From: an uncultured archaeon | Lineage (GTDB): Archaea; Asgardarchaeota; Lokiarchaeia; Sigyniarchaeales; SOKP01 | Assembly (NCBI GenBank): GCA_964447495.1 | Contig: CAYUTF010000085.1 | Location: 1 to 13,948, forward strand | DNA length: 13,948 nt | Reading direction: 5' to 3' | In this document: positions 7,812-13,941 of the stretch, piece by piece | Position numbering within the stretch: the stretch's first letter is position 1 | How the letters are laid out: each line of letters begins with the position of its first letter | Position numbers and translations under genes: made by a program | The notes under the pieces: generated by a model | Told to the model about the DNA's origin: nothing | Seen by the model: the letters and a program-made list of their open reading frames with translations, nothing else | The model's database searches: none

Positions 7812-8179
7812 AGAATGCTAAGGAACTAGGAATAGAGTGGATAGGTAGTTATTGTCCTGATGGTAAGCCTCATGTGCTGATAGGAACACATGACCTCTAT
7901 GGTGGAAGTTTATTTAAGTGTAATAATTGCAAGAAGCATGTATGGTTGCCTATCTATATTAAGGATGCTGCTAAGCTTGATAGCCTCATTGACTATTTTG
8001 GAGCTACTGCTGGTTATTGTAAGTATCTTGATAGTAATAGGGATGCTAAGATGCTAGTAGCTAAACTACAAGACTTGTGGAATATGAGGAGTGAGAGTAA
8101 GATGAGTAATATAGAGTTTGCTAGGATAGTAGTTAGGGTTATGGAGGATAAGGAGTATGATAGAAAGGATGGTAAGTAG
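7802..8179 (+). CDS. Zinc-ribbon protein, about 125 aa (start uncertain; track start 7484)
   Basis: CPDGKPH...CNNCKKH. Upstream of about 7800 the frame overlaps the 151-aa gene; candidate CTG start 12 nt after AGGAGG. Confidence 0.55.
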   Translation: MAVKNAKELGIEWIGSYCPDGKPHVLIGTHDLYGGSLFKCNNCKKHVWLPIYIKDAAKLDSLIDYFGATAGYCKYLDSNRDAKMLVAKLQDLWNMRSESKMSNIEFARIVVRVMEDKEYDRKDGK

Positions 8180-8181
8180 TT

Positions 8182-8598
8182 ATGGCTGTTAGAGATAAAG
8201 TTACTAAGGAAGATTTTGATAAGTATGGTACTGTTGCTGCTGCACTAGCTGCTAAGCACAGGATAATGCTTCCAAGGAAGGTAGTGATTATAGCTGCTAC
8301 TAAACTTCCTGATGATAGCTATACTGTTCTGTTTGATATTGAGAAGGAAGCACCAGCTAAGCAACCACCGCAGCAAGCTCCTGCTAAACCAACAGAACCT
8401 AGAGTAGCTATACTGAAGATTCCTAGAGGAGTCAAAGCTGATAAGTTGCAAGGATTGGTCAATAGTCTTGCTAATGTTATAGGCTGTGCAGTATTTGTTA
8501 TGCCAACTGATTTTGAGGTATTGCTAGGGAATACTGCTAAGGAAGAATTGGAGAAGATACATAATACTTTGCATAAGATGCTAGGATTGGACAAGTAA
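8182..8598 (+). CDS. Hypothetical protein, 138 aa (two small domains with a P/Q/A linker)
   Basis: Follows the previous stop by 2 nt; same codon style. Confidence 0.75.
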   Translation: MAVRDKVTKEDFDKYGTVAAALAAKHRIMLPRKVVIIAATKLPDDSYTVLFDIEKEAPAKQPPQQAPAKPTEPRVAILKIPRGVKADKLQGLVNSLANVIGCAVFVMPTDFEVLLGNTAKEELEKIHNTLHKMLGLDK

Positions 8599-8735
8599 TG
8601 ATAGAGCTATGTAAGTTCTATACAACTACTGGCTATCCTAACTTTAAGCCTAAATGCTTAGCTGGGTTAAGAGCTAATCTGAAGTGCCATAGCAAAAGGT
8701 CAGACTGCACCAAATATGAGCCTTCCCAAGAATGA
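8598..8735 (+). CDS. Small 4-Cys protein, 45 aa
   Basis: Not in track; TAATG coupling; MIELCKFY...KCLAG...KCHSKRSDCTKYEPSQE. Confidence 0.6.
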   Translation: MIELCKFYTTTGYPNFKPKCLAGLRANLKCHSKRSDCTKYEPSQE

Positions 8736-8922
8736 TTTTACAAATCCAAAATCTGTCTTCTCATCTAGTACTAACATCCCATCATCAAAGTTGGCTGACC
8801 GTATAGGCGGATTATTCTTTATCAGACAGGATATGGTCATGCAAGAATCATTCTCATAAGATATGTGGAGGTTGTGATATATCAAAGCAGGAATCATACA
8901 CAGCCATTACAATCCGCAGCAT

Positions 8923-8951
8923 ATTATATCAACACAAGAACTACCAGCCAA
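8923..8951 (-). promoter_or_regulatory. Leftward sigma70-type promoter next to LexA-like boxes
   Basis: Minus strand TTGGCT-17 nt-TATAAT with TG extension. Confidence 0.55.
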
Positions 8952-8952
8952 G

Positions 8953-9012
8953 TAGAACATCTGTGCTATAGAACATATGTGCTACTTCCTGCCAATTAGA
9001 ACATATGTCTCA
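8953..9012. promoter_or_regulatory. Tandem LexA/SOS-box-like operators
   Basis: TAGAACATCTGTGCTA (8953-8968), TAGAACATATGTGCTA (8969-8984) and degenerate TAGAACATATGTCTCA (8997-9012). The first two cores are one mismatch from GAAC-N4-GTTC. Confidence 0.65.
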
Positions 9013-9055
9013 GGAACTATTAGTCATGAATTAAGATTCAAGAATGTTACTGGTC

Positions 9056-9084
9056 TTGACAACTCAATGCCAGTATGATACAAT
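9056..9084 (+). promoter_or_regulatory. Sigma70-type promoter
   Basis: TTGACA-17 nt-TACAAT with TG extension; 24/29 identical to the promoter at 6988. Confidence 0.8.
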
Positions 9085-9090
9085 ATGATT

Positions 9091-9200
9091 ACGATGAGAA
9101 TATAACCACAACTCATCCGTGCTGGTGAAGTGGCAACAGCACAGCACTTTAACAAATGAATAGCAGTTGCAATAGTGCAATAATAAGATGCTATTCTATA
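9091..9200 (+). other. Structured 5' leader (candidate cis-regulatory RNA)
   Basis: Stems GATGAG/CTCATC, GTGCTG/CAGCAC and GAATAGCA/TGCTATTC (the last enclosing TTGCA/TGCAA), ending just before the SD. Confidence 0.45.
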
Positions 9201-9210
9201 AGGAGGACAA

Positions 9211-9768
9211 ATGGCAAAACAGCCAACGCAAGAACCAGTCGCAGACGAATCAGTCGTATCTGAACCAGTCGCACAGGAACCACCTACCAAAGCAGAATTG
9301 ATGGCCGGACTCCAAAAGGCACTCAGCGAAGGTAACTTCAAAGAGGTGACTCGTATCAGTCGGGAGATTGATAAGACAGCCAAAGCCGAGGAGAAGGCAG
9401 AACTGGATGCCAAGCGGGCAGAACTGGTAGCAGTTGAGAACACGGTCAAGGATGCCATAGTCGGAGTCATAACTCCACTTTATGATGCTGGGGAACTTGA
9501 TAAGGCAGATGGCATCTGGCTATCTTGGGACTTTGGGGAGCAGGCACCTACCATCAGGCTAACAAAGACAGCAGCCAGAACTCCTAAAGCAGGTGGTGGA
9601 GGCACAGGCAAGAAGTTTGACATCAGTACTGACTCACTGCTAGAAGAGTTCGGAGACCAGATGTTCAATGAGGAGCAGAACTTCAAGCAAGCATATGAGT
9701 CCAATACTGACAAGAACTTCAGATATGGCATAAGGCAGAAGTTGCTGAAGAAGAAAGGCATAATCTGA
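9211..9768 (+). CDS. Hypothetical protein in its own transcription unit, 185 aa (acidic N-tail, coiled coil, Gly-rich linker, basic C-domain)
   Basis: SD AAGGAGG; own promoter and terminator. Confidence 0.85.
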   Translation: MAKQPTQEPVADESVVSEPVAQEPPTKAELMAGLQKALSEGNFKEVTRISREIDKTAKAEEKAELDAKRAELVAVENTVKDAIVGVITPLYDAGELDKADGIWLSWDFGEQAPTIRLTKTAARTPKAGGGGTGKKFDISTDSLLEEFGDQMFNEEQNFKQAYESNTDKNFRYGIRQKLLKKKGII

Positions 9769-9789
9769 ACATCAGGACCAGATAAGAAC

Positions 9790-9824
9790 AGGGAGTAGAA
9801 GTTGCCACTACTCCCTTTTCTTTT
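9790..9824 (+). terminator. Rho-independent terminator
   Basis: AGGGAGTAG-9 nt loop-CTACTCCCT followed by TTTCTTTT, 21 nt after the stop. Confidence 0.85.
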
Positions 9825-9834
9825 GCTCAGAATC

Positions 9835-9935
9835 AAGTAAGAAGTAAGAAGTAAGTAAAGTTACTTGTTGCACCATGCAACAGATAAGTTGTAATGATTG
9901 ATAAGTTGAGGTATGACAATGCAACAGAAAGGTTG
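9835..9935. repeat. Repeat/operator cluster
   Basis: 3x AAGTAAG (9835-9855); inverted repeat TGTTGCA-CCA-TGCAACA (9866-9882); two 17-mers ATGCAACAGA-N3-GTTG (9875-9891, 9919-9935). Confidence 0.65.
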
Positions 9936-9961
9936 ACATAGTAGCTGGAGTGTGATATAAT
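9933..9961 (+). promoter_or_regulatory. Consensus sigma70 promoter
   Basis: TTGACA-17 nt-TATAAT with TG extension; ATG at 9971 is about 3 nt past predicted +1, with no SD. Confidence 0.85.
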
Positions 9962-9970
9962 GTATGTATA

Positions 9971-10156
9971 ATGAACAATCAAAGTAAGAAGCCTAAATGC
10001 AGATGTTATATCAATATGACCTACTCAAAGGCAGCATCCAAAGGAACTGGAAGGCTAGAAGGACTAAAGCCCTGCCCAGTACATGAACCTGAAGCATATC
10101 AACAATATCTAGAGGAGGAAGCAAATGTCAATCCGTCAAATGCTAAGTCCATCTGA
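9971..10156 (+). CDS. Small CxC...CPxH metal-binding protein, 61 aa
   Basis: CRC and CPVH motifs; first gene after the promoter. Confidence 0.6.
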   Translation: MNNQSKKPKCRCYINMTYSKAASKGTGRLEGLKPCPVHEPEAYQQYLEEEANVNPSNAKSI

Positions 10157-10442
10157 ACAGCAGCAGCTCAGCCAATCAGACAGGTCATATCTCAAGCGAC
10201 AACTGGCTGAACATACAGCATTGAATCAACTACTCAATAGACCTATCAATCAGCACCTTCTTCACGAACTACAATGCATTCTGGATAGTAAGTCATTACC
10301 TAGACAGAAGCCAGGGCAGTTTGTGAGAGGGCAGATTAGCAGGTTAAGTGATGGTATAAAGAGACCGTGCATAGTTAGGAAGATGACAGAAGAGGAAATG
10401 ATAAGATATGGAGTAGTATATGAAGAAGTTAGACAATCGTAA
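10125..10442 (+). CDS. Hypothetical protein, 105 aa
   Basis: SD GAGGAGG; chained with neighbours. Confidence 0.7.
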   Translation: MSIRQMLSPSEQQQLSQSDRSYLKRQLAEHTALNQLLNRPINQHLLHELQCILDSKSLPRQKPGQFVRGQISRLSDGIKRPCIVRKMTEEEMIRYGVVYEEVRQS

Positions 10443-10791
10443 TCAAGTGCAGCATCAGATAATTCATAATCTCATAGAAGCTAGCATCATCCTATCATCT
10501 GAATCTGATAAGTACGTTAATAATGTACTACGACAGCTAGATGATAAGGATTTACTAGCAGTCCTTACTGAATCACAGCAGCTTGCTGGTACTCAGGAAC
10601 ATATCCGCCAATATGTAGAGAACAAAGCACTTGAGCAGGTAAGGATACAGGCTCAGGCTATAGCCAGAGATTTCCTCTGTACTGACTGCTCAGATAAGAG
10701 ATGCTTAACAGGCTCTATATGCAAGGCTTTTATTATGCTGACTGAGAGCTTTGCTTGGGAGATTATAGCTAGGAGAGCGGAACTAAACTAA
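10420..10791 (+). CDS. Hypothetical helical protein with C-terminal Cys cluster, 123 aa
   Basis: SD GGAG; CTDCSDKRC...C. Confidence 0.7.
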   Translation: MKKLDNRNQVQHQIIHNLIEASIILSSESDKYVNNVLRQLDDKDLLAVLTESQQLAGTQEHIRQYVENKALEQVRIQAQAIARDFLCTDCSDKRCLTGSICKAFIMLTESFAWEIIARRAELN

Positions 10792-10803
10792 CAGGAGGAA
10801 GTT

Positions 10804-11151
10804 ATGTGCTTAGATAAGAAGGGTAGATTCAAACCATGCAAGGTAGGATACAAGATTATGCGTCTAACAGAAGATGGAGATCTAGTGGGAGAGTATCGTA
10901 GCAGAGTTGAAGTTAGGAAGATAGGAACCTGGCTAGATGAATCAGACTTTAGAGATAGCAGTGAGCTGTATCTACTAACAGATATCAGTGACTCACAATA
11001 TCCTCTCGGCTGGCATATTTACCATGATGAGAAAGTAGCTAGGGGAAGAGTAATTTATTCTAACAGTGTAGTTGTCAAAGTATCTGTAAAGGAGCATCTA
11101 GCTGTAGGCTATCAATGTAGTCGCAGAGTGACTATAGCTAAAAAAAATTAA
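10804..11151 (+). CDS. Hypothetical phage protein, 115 aa; C-terminus probably frameshifted at an A8 run (true end may be 11179)
   Basis: SD AGGAGG; MCL...GYK...GWH pattern; A8 at 11140-11147. Confidence 0.7.
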   Translation: MCLDKKGRFKPCKVGYKIMRLTEDGDLVGEYRSRVEVRKIGTWLDESDFRDSSELYLLTDISDSQYPLGWHIYHDEKVARGRVIYSNSVVVKVSVKEHLAVGYQCSRRVTIAKKN

Positions 11152-11175
11152 GATAATAAGGATACTACCAAGTTT

Positions 11176-11448
11176 ATGACCAGAAGGTTATCTCAGGAGA
11201 AGCAGCGTCTCAAATACTTCCTCTGGCTATTGATTCAGCAGCATCAGCCTAACTGCTGTATCTGCAATCAGCCTTTTGTCTATGAGGATATACTGCCACC
11301 AAGAGGTACTGATAACCTGACAGAACATCACCTTGACGGTAATCACATGAACATGAAGTTGGAGAATAGGAAGTTAGCCCATAGAAGATGCCACAAGAAA
11401 CATCATACTAAAGATAATATACAGAAGAGAAGGGACATTAGTAGATGA
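11176..11448 (+). CDS. HNH endonuclease, 90 aa
   Basis: CCIC...EHHLDGNHMN...EN...HRRCHKKHH. Confidence 0.85.
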   Translation: MTRRLSQEKQRLKYFLWLLIQQHQPNCCICNQPFVYEDILPPRGTDNLTEHHLDGNHMNMKLENRKLAHRRCHKKHHTKDNIQKRRDISR

Positions 11449-11972
11449 GAGTCTGGGATATACCTGTTAGCCAACTATGTAACAAGCATCTCGTAGCTCA
11501 ACACCATGAGATACACTGCATCTACAGCATCATAGTTAATAATAAGAAAGGCTTTGCTCATCATCCTGAAGTTATGAGATGGAGAGGGCATCTGATTGTT
11601 CTAAGATATATTCATACTCTTACAGTAGCTGAGATGAGAGGTAGAAGATTCAATCATAATAGTATGCTAGAAGTACTACCACTAGATAGTGAGCAATATC
11701 CTAAGCCTTGGCAGCCCATTGAGATTCAGAAGCAAATACTATTATCCAAGAATTGTGGATGCTTAAAGAAAGGAGGTAGCATGAACAAAACACTAACTAC
11801 TATGCTACTCGAAGAGTCATTTCACTATGATGATATATCAACAGAGCCTACAATCTATATCTGTAATGCCAAGTCAGTATTTAAGGAATGGCTCAGAGCA
11901 GTCAGCATACCTCGACAGATGTCTGAGGAGTCAACTAGGCAGCTACTAATTACTTTAGTAGATGAACCATGA
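11445..11972 (+). CDS. Pyrimidine-dimer DNA glycosylase / T4 endonuclease V-like protein, with an in-frame C-terminal second gene
   Basis: MRVWD...LCNKHLVAQHHE...HHPEVMRWRG...EMRGRRFNH matches the Pyr_excise/DenV pattern; internal SD and ATG at 11781. Confidence 0.75.
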   Translation: MRVWDIPVSQLCNKHLVAQHHEIHCIYSIIVNNKKGFAHHPEVMRWRGHLIVLRYIHTLTVAEMRGRRFNHNSMLEVLPLDSEQYPKPWQPIEIQKQILLSKNCGCLKKGGSMNKTLTTMLLEESFHYDDISTEPTIYICNAKSVFKEWLRAVSIPRQMSEESTRQLLITLVDEP

Positions 11973-12136
11973 GAAACATTTATCCTTCCTCTAGCTGGAA
12001 TCTACCTCCTACTCCTAAGCAATGTAGAACACTATCTAGGCTAGGAGTTCAGGATAATGATATGCCTACTACAAGATGGGAAGCTAGACGATTACAGTAT
12101 GAGCTGAGACAAAGGAGAGAAACAAACAAAGTATGA
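11969..12136 (+). CDS. Small helical protein, 55 aa
   Basis: Not in track; ATGA overlaps at both ends; PTPKQ...LSRLG...TTRWEARRL. Confidence 0.75.
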   Translation: MRNIYPSSSWNLPPTPKQCRTLSRLGVQDNDMPTTRWEARRLQYELRQRRETNKV

Positions 12137-12504
12137 ATGGTATTATCTGTAGAGAATGTGGAGGTTCAGGCTGCTCAGTATGTAATGACTCAGGCTATGC
12201 TCACGCTTACTATCTAGAGCATCCTCAGCAGGAACATAATGATATTAAGTTTGCTGATATTCCTATAGTACCTATGCCTTATGGTAAGATACTACCAGAC
12301 CTGACTGACTGTGAATATCCTAATGAAGGACTTGATGAGGATAGCTACCTTGATATAATCAGATGTCCTAACTGTGATTCTGATAATGTAGTTATCTTAG
12401 ATAAGGAAGCTAATCCTGATGTAGCTGCCGAGCAGGAGATATTAGCTGAGAGATTCTTCTGTATCAGTTGTCAGGATAGCTGGTGCTATGAGAGAGAACA
12501 CTAG
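12133..12504 (+). CDS. Acidic double zinc-finger protein, 123 aa
   Basis: CRECGGSGCSVC (DnaJ-like repeat) and CPNC...CISC. Confidence 0.7.
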   Translation: MNGIICRECGGSGCSVCNDSGYAHAYYLEHPQQEHNDIKFADIPIVPMPYGKILPDLTDCEYPNEGLDEDSYLDIIRCPNCDSDNVVILDKEANPDVAAEQEILAERFFCISCQDSWCYEREH

Positions 12505-12506
12505 AT

Positions 12507-12593
12507 ATGTATAACTGGATAATCAAGAGACTAACCATAGCTCTATGTATAGAGGTAGCATTATTTATTACTCTGCTACTTACGAGGCAATAA
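12507..12593 (+). CDS. Single-TM micropeptide, 28 aa
   Basis: Not in track; MYNWIIKRLTIALCIEVALFITLLLTRQ; TAATG coupling to the next gene. Confidence 0.55.
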   Translation: MYNWIIKRLTIALCIEVALFITLLLTRQ

Positions 12594-12898
12594 TGACTGA
12601 TATAGCTACTATCAAACTCCGACACAAGATATTGAAGGAGCGAGGTCTTGTTCCTCCCAAACCTAAGCGGATAGATATAACCAAACTCCCTCAGCCTGAC
12701 CCTACTATCTTTGAGGAGATTCCTCTTACTGCCAAGATGAAGTACATTATCACCAAGTATAATATCAGTCTCAAGACTGACATCTTCATTGGTAGTATCA
12801 ATGATGTCTGTAGTAGATATGGATGGGAAGTAGATAGGAGCACAATATCTAGATGGAGGAAGTATATGAAGAGATTTCTGATGGAGGCTATAAGATGA
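12593..12898 (+). CDS. HTH DNA-binding protein, about 101 aa (track start 12545)
   Basis: SINDVCSRYGWEVDRSTISRWRK HTH; SD GAGG before ATG at 12593. Confidence 0.65.
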   Translation: MTDIATIKLRHKILKERGLVPPKPKRIDITKLPQPDPTIFEEIPLTAKMKYIITKYNISLKTDIFIGSINDVCSRYGWEVDRSTISRWRKYMKRFLMEAIR

Positions 12899-13023
12899 AT
12901 TATAAATGTCTAGACTGTGGAGCCGAGTTCAATGAGCAAGACCAAACTGCACACCAGTATGATAATGGTATCTGTCCATGCTGCGGAGGAGAAGATATAA
13001 GGGAGTTAAATGGAAGCCTGTGA
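12895..13023 (+). CDS. Zinc-ribbon mini-protein (FmdB/rubredoxin-like), 42 aa
   Basis: Not in track; SD GGAGG, ATGA overlap; YKCLDCGAEF...CPCCGG. Confidence 0.75.
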   Translation: MNYKCLDCGAEFNEQDQTAHQYDNGICPCCGGEDIRELNGSL

Positions 13024-13035
13024 TGAGGACTGGCA

Positions 13036-13065
13036 TTGACAACTTATCCTTCTTTATGTTATAAT
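13036..13065 (+). promoter_or_regulatory. Sigma70 promoter
   Basis: TTGACA-18 nt-TATAAT with TG extension. Confidence 0.75.
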
Positions 13066-13115
13066 ATAAGATAGCCAACCATTATATAATCTGATAAAGA
13101 AAGACAAAATGAATT

Positions 13116-13286
13116 ATGGAAAAGGCTATTAAGGATAATGTTTTGAAGACATTATTCCGTTGCCCTATACACAAAACAATCTTGACTGGCATGACTACCA
13201 CTCATCCGTGGAGATTGTATTGTTCGGAGTGTAATAAGGAGTACCAAAATCCAGACCACCCAGAGTATTATCCTGCCCTAGAATAG
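13116..13286 (+). CDS. Zinc-ribbon mini-protein, 56 aa
   Basis: Not in track; RCPIH...LYCSECNKEY. Confidence 0.6.
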   Translation: MEKAIKDNVLKTLFRCPIHKTILTGMTTTHPWRLYCSECNKEYQNPDHPEYYPALE

Positions 13287-13298
13287 ATAAGGAGAAAG

Positions 13299-13643
13299 AT
13301 GAGTAAAGAATATGAACGGATTAGAGAGAAGGCATTATTAACTGATGAGGAGATAACCGAACTTATTACAGAAGAAGAACGTAGAAATGGAGTTCCCGAA
13401 GCATTTATTAGAGCAGAATTTGACCTTGATTATCATAAGGCAATAGCCCAAGCCCAAGTAGATAAACTCCTAAAGCTGGTAAGGATAGAGGCAGACAAGA
13501 AAGACATAGAGCTTTACCCTGAGATATTTGCTACTGGTTTGAAATTACCCTCTCAGGCTGAAATGGAAATGCTTAGAGGTTTTTTATCTTGGCTAGTAGA
13601 AGAAGCAGGCTTTGTTAGATGTCTTAGTAAGGAGGCGAAATGA
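13299..13643 (+). CDS. Hypothetical phage protein, 114 aa
   Basis: SD AAGGAG; LLTDEEI...AIAQAQVDK. Confidence 0.75.
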   Translation: MSKEYERIREKALLTDEEITELITEEERRNGVPEAFIRAEFDLDYHKAIAQAQVDKLLKLVRIEADKKDIELYPEIFATGLKLPSQAEMEMLRGFLSWLVEEAGFVRCLSKEAK

Positions 13644-13702
13644 CTGAAAGATTCGGATGCGAAAGCATATCAAGCGAACAGGTGAGGAAATACAAGAGAT
13701 AA
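13640..13702 (+). CDS. 20-aa ORF or truncated gene remnant
   Basis: Strong SD AAGGAGG and ATGA coupling, but it stops right after the 16-bp repeat. Confidence 0.35.
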   Translation: MTERFGCESISSEQVRKYKR

Positions 13703-13941
13703 GATGAAATATGACAAAAAGAATAAGCCTAAAAGCCATACAGGATTGCCACCTCATCATTGGGTCAAATTCTGCCCTCTATGTGGAGGGATTAACCTAA
13801 AATGGTTTTGGGATAGTGAAGAATGGTATGACAAACAGAAAGACCCACACCCAAACCAAGAATTCTGTGAAGATTGTAAAAAATGGGTCACTCCATCACG
13901 AAGGCGAGTATTTATAGATTAGTTTTGAGGAAATACAAGAG
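13683..13941 (+). repeat. 16-bp direct repeat TGAGGAAATACAAGAG flanking one gene
   Basis: Exact copies at 13683-13698 and 13926-13941. Confidence 0.85.
13704..13922 (+). CDS. Zinc-ribbon protein, 72 aa
   Basis: FCPLCG...FCEDC. Confidence 0.7.
   Translation: MKYDKKNKPKSHTGLPPHHWVKFCPLCGGINLKWFWDSEEWYDKQKDPHPNQEFCEDCKKWVTPSRRRVFID

Noticed and set aside
7534-8594. Minus-strand ORFs 7534-7800, 8245-8451 and 8319-8594
   Set aside because: Their hydrophobic look comes from reverse-complementing purine-rich coding sequence.
8700-8897. 65-aa minus-strand ORF as a firm CDS
   Set aside because: No SD or motif, and it overlaps the 45-aa plus ORF; kept only as a possibility under the leftward promoter finding.
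8953-9012. CRISPR mini-array interpretation of the 16-bp repeats
   Set aside because: Repeats too short, spacers of 0 and 12 nt; fits operators better.
9091-9200. tRNA or known riboswitch
   Set aside because: No acceptor stem, T-loop or CCA, and no riboswitch consensus I can recognise.
9024-9836. Minus-strand ORFs 9024-9470 and 9480-9836
   Set aside because: Shadows of the 185-aa gene, which has promoter, SD and terminator support.
11176-11448. HNH as an intron-encoded homing endonuclease
   Set aside because: Free-standing and coupled to neighbours; no interrupted host gene or intron structure seen.
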